A stretch of DNA of 64,000 bases from the human T2T-CHM13v2.0 reference genome, Homo sapiens, in the NCBI RefSeq assembly GCF_009914755.1, contig NC_060937.1; one strand, written 5' to 3'. The position numbers were made by a program, and so were the translations under genes. Numbering within the stretch: the first letter of the stretch is position 1; each line of letters begins with the position of its first letter. Below, in pieces: positions 28,746-42,038 of this stretch. The notes under the pieces were generated by a model. It did not search any database. It worked only from the letters and a program-made list of their open reading frames with translations, and was not told the origin of the DNA.

Positions 28746-30991
28746 AGGAAGGATTTTTTTCCAACACTTAATCTCTCTCTGCCCAATAATGAAAGGCAGC
28801 TGCATCAGTATCTCTGCTTTCTGATCCATGCAGATGGGAAATCATCTAGAAAGCACATGCCTGGCACAAAAGCACTACTAACAGTCCTCATCCCCATGCT
28901 CTCTCTCCCTCCCCGTCTCCACCACCTCATGGGGCATCTGACCAGGAGCAACCTTCATCCCAAACCTTGCCTTCTTCGGAGGGGTGAAGGACCAAGAAAG
29001 AAGCTTCCTTGCCTTGGTGTGGACTGGAAAAGGAACAGCAATCTTTCCCCTTTATTTCCACCCACCAGAGCCTCTGGAAAATCCCATTTCTTCTGATAAT
29101 GGTAGACAGAAGTTGTCCCTGCCTAAGAAGCTCTGAGGATACTGGTTGTAGCAGCAAGGTGTGGCAACAGGCACAGACCCTGGCAGGAAGCCAGATACAC
29201 CACGTTGAAAACCTAACTCTGTCTAGGAGACCAACTTCTTCCAGGTCCCCTGGGGAGTCATTAAATTTCTGTGTCTTCATTTCCTCCAAGGTAGAAAGGG
29301 GTAATAATCTGACCTACCTCACCAGAGTGTTGTAAGTCGGAATAACTAATTAACGCTAGTGCAGCACTTTTGAAAGTAAAAAGCACTTTGCAATAATTAA
29401 CGTGGTTTCTGCTTTCATCTCCTGCAGCCTCATAAATAGAGAGCTAGGTCCCAGATAGCTACAGATGGCAAGAAGCATGCCAGGCAGCCGGCTTTCCTGA
29501 GGAGCTACAAGGGCGGCTCTGTCAGGGCCATCAAAGTTGTCTTGGGGCTCCCGGCCACTGGAGACTGTTTCAAGCTGACAATTCCAAATCCATTTGCATC
29601 CACTTAGCTTTCCAGAGACTGAGGCATTTTTCAGTTACAGCAAACAACACATGAATGTGAAGCTCCAAGCAGGCAGCACAGGGCAAAAAGGACTACAAAG
29701 TCTCTGGGGCTGCTGCTGACTTGTCTTGAAAAATCAAAATGAACTTTTTTCTTCAAAGACTTTGCTTTTATTCATCATCATTATAAAAACAGTCAAGTCC
29801 TTGAGGTCTGCAGCTGCAGAGAATGCATACAAAATGGGCTCTCTGAGAAAAAAAAATATATATATAATAATGATGCTCTAACACTCTTGTGAGCAAAGGG
29901 CCACAGGAGAGCCTGGGTTTGGAGTCCAGCCTTCACCTCCACTGGGCATATTTTGCCCGTTGGGATGTGTATGCCCCCAAAAAGGCACTGTCTTTATGAG
30001 GATGTTCATAGCTGGGGAGGCATCTTCCAGAAGGTAGAAGCATCTTTAGGTATGCAAACTGCTACACCCTGGAGTATGGTATCCCCTCTGCTAGCTGTCA
30101 CCAGTACCCCAAAATGTAACACAGCTTTCATCAGTATATCACAGAGACCGCGTTACAGGGGTTTGGGGGTTGTGAACCTGGTTGATTGGTGGAGTGCTTC
30201 AGGTCCACATCGTAAAAATGCTTCTGTGGGCTGGGTTGAGAAGCATGAGGTATAATAACATTTCTTTGCAAAGTGTATTGATTTCCAAGCGGCTGCCTTA
30301 GGATCTGGAATGCCGGCCACTCATAAGAGAAGGAACTGCCCTGAATTATGAGACACATGCTCCCTTCATTATTTCAGAGGGGAGGAATGCAGTTATCTTG
30401 AATTTCCTTGGATAGGTGGTGTTCCTTTCCTCCTTCTCTCCCTTCTTCCTCCTTCCCCTTCTACAGGCCATTCTGTCAGCTAATAGACCATTGGTGGCTA
30501 ACAGGGACTTCTCAGAAGAAAGTTAGGGAGAAGCTTTACCAGAAAGTGGGGAGTTGGTGGGAGTTGGGTAGGGGTATGACTGGCTCTGTGGTACTGAAGA
30601 ACACTTTTCCAGACTCCAAAATATGTTTGCAGGGAGGCAAGAAGGAACAGGAGCAAGATGGGGCCTCCAGACAACCTGGCATAAGTCCTCGACGCCAGGA
30701 GCATAAGAAGGAGAAGCAAGGAGAGAGAAGATCTAGAAGCAAGGGAACTTCCAGAGCCCCTTCTGATCAAGAAATTGATACAGCAGCCCCTGGGGGTCAC
30801 AGACTGTCACTGAGAAGAAGCCTGTGAAAAGGACAGTGCTTAGTCCAGCAGTGGACTAGGCGAGTGGACAATGAGATGACCTAATCATGAGTTTTGGATG
30901 GGCTCAAGTGAGAAAAGAAGGTAGAGTAGAAATGATTTGTTTTGTATTCAAGATGAAAAGGCCACCCTCCCTTCTGCAGGGGAATGAATTC

Positions 30992-31410
30992 TTATATAGC
31001 TCGGATGTGTGTCTCCTACAAATCTCCTGTTGAAACATGACCTCCAGTGTTGGGGATGGGCCTGGTGAGAGGTGTTAGGATAGTAGGGGCGGATCCTTCA
31101 TGAATGGCTTGGCGCCGTCCTCACAGGATTGAGTGAGTTCTCGCTATGAGTTCATGTGAGATCTAGCTGGGTAAAGGAGACTGCCGCCTCCTCCCTCCCT
31201 TGCTCTTGCTCTTGCTCTTGCCATGTCATGGGCCTGCTCCCCCTTCACCGTCTGCCATGAGCAGAAGCTTCTTGAGGCCCCCACCAGAAGCAGATGCTGG
31301 TACCAGGCTTTATGTACAGCCTGCAGAACCATGAGCCAAATAAATCTGTTTTCTTTATAAATTACCCAGTCTCAGGTATTCCTTTATAGCAACACAAATG
31401 GACCAACACA
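30992..31410 (+). mobile_element. MSTB-like (MaLR) solo LTR
   Basis: aaatctcctgttgaaa...ataaattacccagtctcaggtattcctttatagcaacaca; TSD aattc/gattc. Confidence 0.9.
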
Positions 31411-31696
31411 GATTCCCTTCCCTGAGAGCCAAGTGGTGCCACTGGAGAGCCCCTCCCAGATGCTGGTCCCCAGGGAGGGCTGCCGGGTGAGCCTGTGGGG
31501 GCAGGTGGCAGTCAGGCACGGACCTCACAAGGCTGTGGTCCCAGCCACGTTCTTGAACTTCCTGCAGGGTCCCCTCATGGAGCTTCCCTCTGAGCATGGT
31601 GAAGGCCAGAACAGAACAAGAGGCAGCAGAAACCCTTGTCTTTCACTCTGATGAGTGTTGCATGGGGCTGATGCTGGAAACTGCTTCACAATCTCA

Positions 31697-32389
<693 letters not shown>

Positions 32390-33044
32390 ACTGGTGAGGT
32401 AAGAAATACAGGTATCACCAACTTCCCCATTTCCAATGAGGAGACTGAAGGATAAGGTGGTAAAATGGATTCCCTAAAGACACCCCGCTAGTAAGCAGCT
32501 AACTGCAGCCCCAGGTCTCCCTAGTGCAGTATCTAGTCTGATGCATGAATGTAATGAGCCGTTTCTGAGCACCTGCCCAGCTCAGGACAGTGACTTCATC
32601 CCTGCCCCATGCCTTCTATCGTGAGCCCCTTACACTGCTTATACCACTTGAGACTCCCCAGGCTCGAACTGATGCCCACGCCTGGCCAAGCTGGGCCAGT
32701 CAGATGGTCTCTCCAGGGAATCTAAAACTTGCACCTAGAGGGACAGATGACAGAAGGGATAGAAGGGGCATCCAGAGCCATCGTGAGAACAGAGGAATGG
32801 CAGGTTCAGGCACAGGAAAATCACATGAAGCCTTCTGCATCTCCCACTCTCCCTTCCACATCCTAAATTCATGGGTCCCAAGGAGACACGGTCTAGAGGA
32901 AGGCTGGGGTCTCCCATACGGCCAAATGATAATAATCCAGGAACCTAAAGAAAACTGCTTCATGTGTCCTCACCTATGGTCAAAAATCTGCCAGACCTGC
33001 TGGGAGAGAAAGTTACAGGAAGATGGAGAGTAGTGGCTGGCAAC

Positions 33045-33310
33045 ATCTACCGCTTCATATTTACAAACATATGTAGCATTTCCTATGTGTTAGATTCCCT
33101 TCTACATGTTTTACATCTATCAGTTCATTTAATTCCAACAACACTATGAGATAGGTATTATTATCATCAACCCTAGTTTATAGGTAAAGAAACCGAGGCA
33201 CAGAGAGGTTAGGTAACTTGCCTGAAGAAGTCACACAGCTTGCATGAAGTAGGGCCAGGATTTAAACCCAGACAGTCTGGCTCCAGAGCCTAGGTTTTTA
33301 ACCCTCTCAC
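33045..33310 (-). mobile_element. MIR SINE
   Basis: gaaaccgaggcacagagaggttaggtaacttgcc...ccagacagtctggctccagagcc. Confidence 0.88.
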
Positions 33311-33584
33311 AAGCTGCCTCTCAAAAGTATTATTCTGGCCAGTCTGAAATAAGCAACATGCAATTTCCACTTTTAAGTTTCATTTTACCTTCTCAAAATG
33401 CAGTGTCTCAGAAGTCTTGACTATTTGAAATCAATAAGGCCTTTGAGCAGTCAAAAGGGATGTTACAAAGACTATACACAAAAGCGTGAATATTCAGTCC
33501 CTCCGATTCCCACTCAATGCCTATTTACTCAATCTCTCTCTATCTCCCTCCTTCTGTCTCTCCCTCCCTTCCTCTCTCTCTTAC

Positions 33585-33586
<2 letters not shown>

Positions 33587-33636
<50 letters not shown>
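33587..33636. repeat. (AC)n(AG)n compound dinucleotide microsatellite
   Basis: Directly visible. Confidence 0.97.
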
Positions 33637-34244
33637 TTTTGTTATCCACTTTCAAGCTCCCAGTAAGTGAGAAGGAAATGATAGTTCGCTGCATGCAAGC
33701 ATGCTGACAGTATCAAGAAAACATTACTATGAGCCTGGCAGTAAAAGAGGAGACAGAAAAACCCTAAAATCAATTCTAAAACTTACAAAGCACGGCAGCA
33801 GGGCTTCATAGAATAATGTTCAAACAGCCCTAAACATCTTCATCCTCTATCCCAACTTTTTATTATACAAATAGCCTTCTCTTGGTGGTTAAGCCATTTC
33901 CAGCAAGGTTATCAATGATTTGCAGATGAAGAAATCTTGATTCAATGAGCAGCTGAGAAGATTTGCTACATTCAGTAGATGACATTTAAAAAGGTGGAGG
34001 AATATGTGCTACATTTTTTAGAGATTTACGTCTAAAATGGTTACTCTAGAAAAAAAGTTTGAGAGCTTAAGTGGGTAGACAGATATTTTTATTTCTTTGT
34101 TGGTTGGTTGATTGGTTAGTCGACGGGGAGGTGCTTGTTATTTTGGGTTTGTACTATATGTTGGTTTTCTAAAAAAACACAGTTGCCCTTTAAAAGAGTC
34201 ATGTGCTGTCTAGTTTACCACAGTCCCCACCCTTCCTTCTTCAT

Positions 34245-34720
34245 ATTGAATTTTTGTTTTAAGATAATGGTAGGTTCACATGCAATTGTACAAGATAATT
34301 CAGAGAGATCCCATGTTCTTTTTACCCAGTCTCCCCCTAATTGTAACATCTTGCAGAACTCTAATACAAGATCACAACCAGGATATTGACAAGGACAGTC
34401 AAGACACAGACAGTTTAGTCACCAGCAGGATCCCGCGGGATAGGCACACCCATCCTTATCCTGCTCCTCCTCAGCCCCAGGCAAAGGCAAACACTAATCT
34501 CTTCTTCAATTCTATAATTTTGTCAAATGGAGAATGTTATCGAAATGAAATCATGCAGTATGTGGCCTTTGGGGTTGGTTTTTTCACTCATCGTAATTCC
34601 CCGTAGATTGATCCATCTTGTTGCAGGTATCAATAGTGCGTTGCTTTTACTGGCCAGTAATAGTCCACGGTGGTTTGTTTACCCAGCCACCCACTGGAGG
34701 ACACAGGCACCGTTCTTTTT
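34245..34720 (-). mobile_element. L1M (L1MC/MD-like) 3' fragment
   Basis: taggttcacatgcaattgta...aattcagagagatcccatg...gtaacatcttgcagaact. Confidence 0.75.
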
Positions 34721-36169
34721 TGCTTTTTTCCCAGACGGTTTCCTCATTTATCTGACCTGCCTTGCCCCGTGGACATTTGAACTTCCAATCCCCAGGGTGG
34801 TGTCTCACCTAGGATGGGAAAACTATCTGAATCCAAAAGATATCCACAATGACTCGCTTCCTCTCAGGGTAGAGCTTTCAGTCTCTCCTCTCTGTGGATT
34901 ATTCATGGCCACAGTTTTAATCCCAGGGAGGACAGCTTCCCCAATATATAACCGGCTCTGGCCCCTTATTATTAGCTGGTGTGTACTCAGGAAATGCAAA
35001 ACTGGAACCAATATAAACAGGATAATAGATAGATAGCACCAAAAGCCACTCAAACATAAATATGGAAATTCCTTAGGGAGCACCTGTGCTTTGTGTTCTG
35101 CCTTCTGGTAGCTCATTTTGTGAGCATAGATAAGCAGGGTCAAGTCCATTGAGAACTCTCTGTGCCTTATCTTTTACCCATCCTATCTCTCACTGATCCC
35201 AGGGAGACTTCAGAATGCTCCTGGGTTACATACTTCATTCTGTCTCAGTGAATTCCTTTTTTTCATCTGGCTAACTTCTGGGACATATCATCTTTGTTTT
35301 TTAAATATCTCACTCTTGGTATGAGATAAATTCTACTGGCCCTAAAGCACTTGAAGTGTCTTATATAACATATTTCATTCAGTAAATATCTTCTGAGCAC
35401 CTGTTCTATGCCATGACTGTACTTAATGATGACATAAATTAAAATTCTTTAACTCACAAAATAAATTCTCTAACTCAGCCACTAACAGAGTCGTAAATTA
35501 GGGTTCTCCAGAAAATGGCCAACATGCTGGGTCCCCACTGCCAGCATCTCATCTGTAGTGGATGACTCAAAACATTCTCGATTGAGCTGACTTGCTAGGA
35601 TCTATTTCAGGAATTGGATATGTGTGGGTTGGATCAGTCTGCTCAGCTAGGTCCTGGCAGCAATAACCTCCTCATTCCACCACAATACATTTTCCAATCA
35701 TTCTTCACCTGGATTACTGGCAACGCCGCCTGAACGACTCCTCCTATCAACGTTGCTCACCGGCCATTCCTTTGACACTGAGGACTGTACTACGCACCAA
35801 GCACTGGGAATTACAGCAAGAGCACCATTTTGTTTGGCCCCACGATGTTTGGGAAAATAAATATGACTGCAACGTAAGTATGACTATCATTCCTGTTTTA
35901 CAGAAGCACCTGAGGGGCAGAAAGCTGATAGGACCTCAAAATCCCAGAGTTGATCAATTGGAGCAGGAATTCAAACTCAGGTCTCTCTGACATCAGAGCC
36001 CATTCTCTGGGGACTTGGCCAGACCACTTTTCCAGCCCCAAAGTCCCAGAAAAGACCTTCGCCCACCTCCCTGATAAGACAAATGCTTATCACCGATCTT
36101 CCTAGAAAAGAAGAACCCAGTTTGGTCCTCCTCTTAGAGGGTTCACTTAATTTCACTCCTCTAACACTG

Positions 36170-36525
36170 CAAATCAAGCTCTCAGGAAGCCGACTTCAGA
36201 TACAGACTTGGGTCCAGGACAGTTCCTAAGGAGTGATGTGTGGATCACAACCAGTAGGGGAGTAAAGAAAGGACTGGGTGCAGGGGGATGTTGAACTTCA
36301 GTGCAGTCAGAGTTCAAGCCTCAGCGTACCCAATGGGAACACTGAAAATGGCCCAAGTTAAGTCAAGGAGACCGTGCCTTTGTACCCCACACCAACCAGG
36401 CACTGGGTGCAGACTGCCCCAGGAAGCAGATCTGACCTTGGCCCACGCGAATCCCAGGGAGGGACTCAGCTGAGAGCTGTCTGCCGCCCCGCAGCTGGGG
36501 AATTGGGCAGTGCACTCCGGCATCC
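36170..36525 (-). mobile_element. LTR16-like (ERVL) solo LTR
   Basis: ggactgggtgcagggggatgttgaacttcagtgcagtc...gcctttgtaccccacaccaaccagg resembles antisense LTR16. Confidence 0.6.
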
Positions 36526-37049
36526 ATTAGGCTTAACTCCAGTTTTCTTTCTGTAGCTCTTCTATCTTATAAAACCTCTAAATTGGGTCCAAGGAGAAGT
36601 CAAGTCAATTTTGTACATTTTTCCTACATTCTTCTTCTAAAGATCCCAGTATTCATTTTTCAATTCATTCTTTCCTCTTTCTCAATAAAGATAACAAGCT
36701 TTCTCTCCACTGCCTCTACTTACCTGAGAACAAATCAGGAAAATTGTTTCCCTGGATCTTCAGAGCTGTGACCTCTGGAAAGGTGCCCTGGGGGTGAGTT
36801 CTGCCGCTAGAGCCTGGGGTGAGCCTCTTCCTGTCTGCTCCAGCTGCCCTCTTCCTGGTGCCTCTGGCCTTCTCTCTCCATCCCCCTCTCCTTTCCAACC
36901 CTCTGTTCCTGCCTATGCCCTTCTTGCCCTTCACCCGGACCATGGCCACAGCATCCCACCATCCCCAGTCTTGCCCCCACAAATCCACCCTGCGCCCCTC
37001 CTGCTGCCCTAGAGATTTTTCTAGATGCAAACCTCCCATGTGCCTGGTT

Positions 37050-37780
37050 CACCCATTGTTTCCACGATGAGAGTCACATTCTTTACCCTCACATTCAAGA
37101 CTCTCTTGATCTGGCCGTGCTGACCTCTTCAGCTTCTTTTCTTTTTTTTTTTTTAAGTTCTAGGATACATGTGCAGAATGTGTAGGTTTGTTACACAGGT
37201 ATGCATGTGCCATGGTAGTTTGCCACACCCATCGACCCATGATCTACATTAGGTATCTCTCCTAATGCTATCCCTCCCCTAGCCTGGCTTCTTTTCTTGA
37301 TAGCCCCTCCCCACAATTATACACATATGCACATACACACATGCACACATGCATGCACACACGCACAGACCTGTGCACACATGCACATGCCACATGCACA
37401 CATCATTCTGATGATGCTGAACTGTGCTTGGTTTTTCCTCATCCACCACATTACTCCTACCTCCATGCCATTCCCCACAAAGTTCCTTCCATCTGACGTG
37501 GCTTATCTTTCCTACACCAGGTTAACTCCTTCAAGATCCAATTAAGGTGTTTTCTCCTTCAGGAAGACTTGCTTGCCAACAGAAGCTGGACTACAGCAAC
37601 TTCCTGCCCGCAGCCTGGTTTCCACAGCACTCAGACTTGCCTTTACCACACCCCTTATTATTCGGAAGTGTCTGCCATCACTGCCCTGCCATGCCCCTGC
37701 AGGCAGGAGAGCATCTTTTCTTTTTCTGTGTCCCTCATGCCTGGCACAGTATAGGAACTCAAGTTAAGCTTGTTGACCTG
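37050..37780 (+). mobile_element. L2 3' fragment (interrupted by short L1PA and a CA-rich tract)
   Basis: cattcaagactctcttgatctggcc...tgcctggcacagtataggaactcaag. Confidence 0.6.
37144..37286 (-). mobile_element. Very short 5'-truncated L1PA 3' end
   Basis: ttaagttctaggatacatgtgcagaatgtg...cctaatgctatccctcccctagcc; 12-bp TSD gcttcttttctt. Confidence 0.9.
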
Positions 37781-38303
37781 AACAGACCGAACTGCCTCTT
37801 CAGCATCCACACCAGCTATTTTCTGCATGTCCTCAACTCTCTACCTCCTTCCCCTTCAGAATTCTGGCTTGCCCCAAATGTGCCCATTTTCTCTACTTCG
37901 CAAGGTGAGTATTCAGCACAGTTGTGCTGCACATTAAGTAAAACTGGTGTTAGGAAAAGTCTGCATTGTTAAAAAAAAAAAAAAGTAAGGGTGATTGTTG
38001 CTCTTTATAAAAGGCTGCTAGCCTTGGTTTCTTTAACAAGGAAACTCCAAGCAGTCACAAAGAGTACATGCCTGCAAATGCCAATCTTCAAACTGAATGT
38101 GATTACCTTGGGATGCCTGTACTGTCTTCTTTATTTTTTTTTTATATTATTTAAATTTTATGTAATGAGAATGTCTCACACATTCAAAAAAATAAAAAAA
38201 AAAACCAGAAATCTATTTTCATTGTGGGAGAAACATGGAAAAATAATAGGCTTCCTGGTGACTTTTTTTTAAATCTCCAAATAGATTAAAAAAAAAAAAG
38301 TAG

Positions 38304-38576
38304 GGCCAGGCCTGGTGGCTCACACCTGTAATCTCGGCACTTTGGGAGGCTGAGGTGGGTAGATCACCAGAGGTCAGAGTTCGAGACCAGCCTGACCAAC
38401 ATAGCGAAACCCCATCTCTACTAAGGATACAAAATTAGTCAGGTGTGGTGGCACAGGCCTGTAATCCCAGCTACTTAGGAGGCTGAGGCAGGAGAATCGC
38501 TTGAATCTGGCAGAGGCTGCAGTGAGCTAAGATCACGCCATTGCACTCCAGCCTGGGCAACGAGAGTGAAACTCTA

Positions 38577-38612
<36 letters not shown>
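38304..38612 (+). mobile_element. Alu (AluS-like)
   Basis: Sense Alu with a poly(A) tail of more than 30 nt. Confidence 0.96.
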
Positions 38613-38614
<2 letters not shown>

Positions 38615-38993
38615 CAAATCCCTTAATCTCTAGGCTCACTAGCAGGAACAAATTGCACATTTGTAGGACTCTATGCCCAAATGCATTTTAAATCATTCAA
38701 TTCGAAAACCGTTTCTTTCACTATAACTCTCCAAGAGCCAATGTTTTAGAAACAATGTTAGCCATCCGGGCACTATTGTGACACTGAAGATGTAGACAAG
38801 CAGTAAACTCACAGCCAAGGAGCCTCAAATCCCAATCCACACAGTAAAGTAACTCTCTCAGCAAGTCAATGGCACTCGTTGAACCTCCACTGCTTTGACT
38901 GTAATGAGATCATCTCTGCACCCCCCACAGCTTTCCAGTAAAAGGGGGAAAAAAGACAACATATGTACACTTGCTTTAAAAAGTAAAAGGCTA

Positions 38994-39297
<304 letters not shown>

Positions 39298-39881
39298 TAA
39301 AAGACTAAAGTCACCGAGATAACAAGCGGCAGAGGGGTTAGGATTACTAATAATGTGCCAGTAGCAGCCATTCCCCTATCCCTTGCAGTCGCTGCCCTGT
39401 CCCTGTGAGTTCAGCCATCCTTGTGTGGATTCTCCCTTCCCTGCAGGCTGCCCTCCAAATGCTGTCCTCCATCCTCATCAGGCAGGACTGATTCCCAAGC
39501 TTCAGTGCTTTCTGCCCATCCCTCCTTCAGGTATCAACCCCGGACGGCACTGACTTTTTACACTAACAGGCAAAAATCACCAGCTGAACGGGAGCCTAAA
39601 ACTACATACTCTTTCCTAAACATACATGTTTTTGTTTGTACTTTGTCATATTATTTTTTAGGGAGGGGTATCTCAAAAATCATTTTAAAGAAGCATTTGA
39701 TTGCCCAATCTGGAGAATTATTTTCTTAACAAGTTTTAGGACATAAAGAGCCACATCATCTATTGGCTTACATCTTCCAATAGAGAGACTAAAAATCACT
39801 TTCACCTATATTAAATCCCATTACATCCCTGCTAGGTAGGAGGCAAATTGTCTCAAATCCATGAGTCTTCTGCACCATGGA

Positions 39882-40253
39882 TGATATGGTTTGGCTGTGT
39901 CCTCACCCAAATCTCATCTTGAATTATAGTTCCCATAATCCCCATGTGTTGTGGGAGGGACCCAGTGGGAAGTAATTTAATCATGGAGGCGATTACCTCC
40001 ATGCTGTTCTCATGGTAGTGAGTGACTTCTCACAAGATCTGATGTTTTTATAAGAGACTTTTCCCCCTTTGCTTGGCACTTCTCCTTGCTGCAGCCATGT
40101 GAAGAAGGACGTATTTGCTTTCCCTTCCATCATAATTGTAAGTTTCCTGAGGCCTCCCCAGCCCTGCAGAACTGTGAGTCAATTAAATCTCTTTTTACAA
40201 ATTACCCAGTCTTGGGTATGTCTTTACTAGCAGCGTGAGAACAGACTAATACA
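39882..40253 (+). mobile_element. THE1 (MaLR) solo LTR
   Basis: tgatatggtttggctgtgtcctcacccaaatctcatcttg...gagaacagactaataca; perfect 5-bp TSD atgga. Confidence 0.95.
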
Positions 40254-40444
40254 ATGGATCATCAAGTATCTTGGATTTAATCCCACAGCCTGTGAGTGAG
40301 GGTGGTCAGGCTAGAACTAGAAGCTCCATGCCAGACCTGCTTAGTCCACTGGACCAGGCATCCACTTTTTTTCAGTAGCTAAGAAGATGGCAGGGAACAT
40401 ATCTGTTAATAACAAAGTGAACACCATCTTTAAGATACTCCCCA

Positions 40445-41100
40445 GGGCATTTATCCTAAAGAAAGGAAATTGATATACCGAAGAGATACCTACACCCCCA
40501 TGTTTACTGCAGCACTATTCACAATAGCCAAGATTTGGAAGCAACCTAAGTGTCCACCAACAGATGAGTGGATAAAGAAAACAGGGTATATATACACAAT
40601 GGAATAGTATTCAGTCATAAAAAAAAAGAATGAAATCTTGTCATTGGCAGCAATGTGAATAAGCCTGGAGGACATAATTTTAAGTAAAATAAGTTAGGCA
40701 CAGAAAAATAAATTCCATATTTAAAAAAAAAAAGATTGAGCTTAGAGAAGCAGAGAGTAGAGTTGTGGAGATTAGGGTGGGAATGGTAGTGGGGAAGGGA
40801 GGATAGGGAGAGGTTGGCTAATGGACACAAAGTTACAGCCAGATGGGAGGAATAAATTCTAGTGTTCTGTAGCACTGGGTAGGGTGAATACGGTTAACAA
40901 TAATTTAGTGTTATTTTCAAAAGCTAGAAGAAAGGATTTTGAATGTTCACAACACAAAGAAATGATAAATGTTTGAGGTGATGGAAACGCTAACTATTCT
41001 GATTTGAGTATTGCACACCATATGTTGAAATATCACCTGTACCCCAGAAATATGTACAATTATTATGTGTCAACTAAAAATAAAATGAAAAGAAAAAATA
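40445..41100 (+). mobile_element. L1MA-like 3' end
   Basis: atgtttactgcagcactattcacaatagccaagatttggaagcaacctaagtgtcc...A-rich tail. Confidence 0.9.
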
Positions 41101-41309
41101 TATTCTCCCAGGACCTGGCAGCAAATATCCCATTGAAAGAAAACCGGATTCCCAATTTTGCTTTTATAAAAATCTCTGATATTCATCTTCTCGAGCAATA
41201 ATAGCATCTTTGTCTAGGGAAAAAACATCTGGTTTATTTATATGGTTTGACTTATATCTGGTAAGGAGAGGAGTAGCAGGTAGTCAGTGCTCATGAGTAT
41301 CATGGAATC

Positions 41310-41520
41310 AGTACAGTGGAGCAATTAAGAGCTTAGACTTTAGAGTCTGAAACACTAGGGTCCCTTTCCCAGTTCAGCCACTCATGCACCATGTGGACAC
41401 AGACTAGTTACTTATCCTCTTATTGCCAACACCTGACTCAGAGTGTTGGCAATGAAATGACTTCATGAAAGCCAAGTGCAGGATAAAGAACCTCGTGCAT
41501 AGTGAGCATATAAAACATTA
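41310..41520 (+). mobile_element. MIR with internal deletion and palindrome
   Basis: ttaagagcttagactttagagtctga...agttacttatcctc; MIR core missing. Confidence 0.6.
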
Positions 41521-41997
41521 TCATCATCATCATCATCAGCCATCAACAACCGCAAACTTCCAATCGCCTGCTACATTCAAAGACCTGCCCAAGGCACTGA
41601 GAGATGTTCACAGTTCTTTTTAGGAAGAATGTTTGAGAGATTTGAGAGGTATTTGTCAAGTATAACAATGGATTTAAAGATATCCAGGAAAAACTATCAG
41701 TATAATCACTTTTCTAAACTACAAGCAAATTGCATAACATAAGCATTATCTTTTAACTATACAAATAATGCAAACTAACTAGTTTAGAAAGCAAGGAGGC
41801 ACAAGGAAGCATCCATTTGCCTGGACATTTGTTCGCTGGTTGCTCCTATGCTTAAGTTAGTTGTTTCTTAGGGGCTGGCCACAGTCCCATTGGATGAGAA
41901 GCTTACAACCATCATAGTCTTACTTCTGCTCCTTTAATTTCCAAGTTCCTAGGGGCAACACTATAGCTAAATATCAGGACTAGAGATGAATGCTCAA

Positions 41998-42000
<3 letters not shown>

Positions 42001-42035
<35 letters not shown>
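42001..42035. repeat. (CA)n microsatellite
   Basis: Directly visible. Confidence 0.97.

Positions 42036-42038
<3 letters not shown>

Noticed and set aside
35700-35790. CpG-containing, coding-looking stretch (LDYWQRRLNDSSYQRC)
   Set aside because: Resembles degenerate L2 sequence (cacctggattactg...); no convincing splice sites
36718-36780. Perfect minus-strand donor CAG|GTAAGT at 36724
   Set aside because: No convincing minus-strand acceptor at exon distance; isolated donors are common
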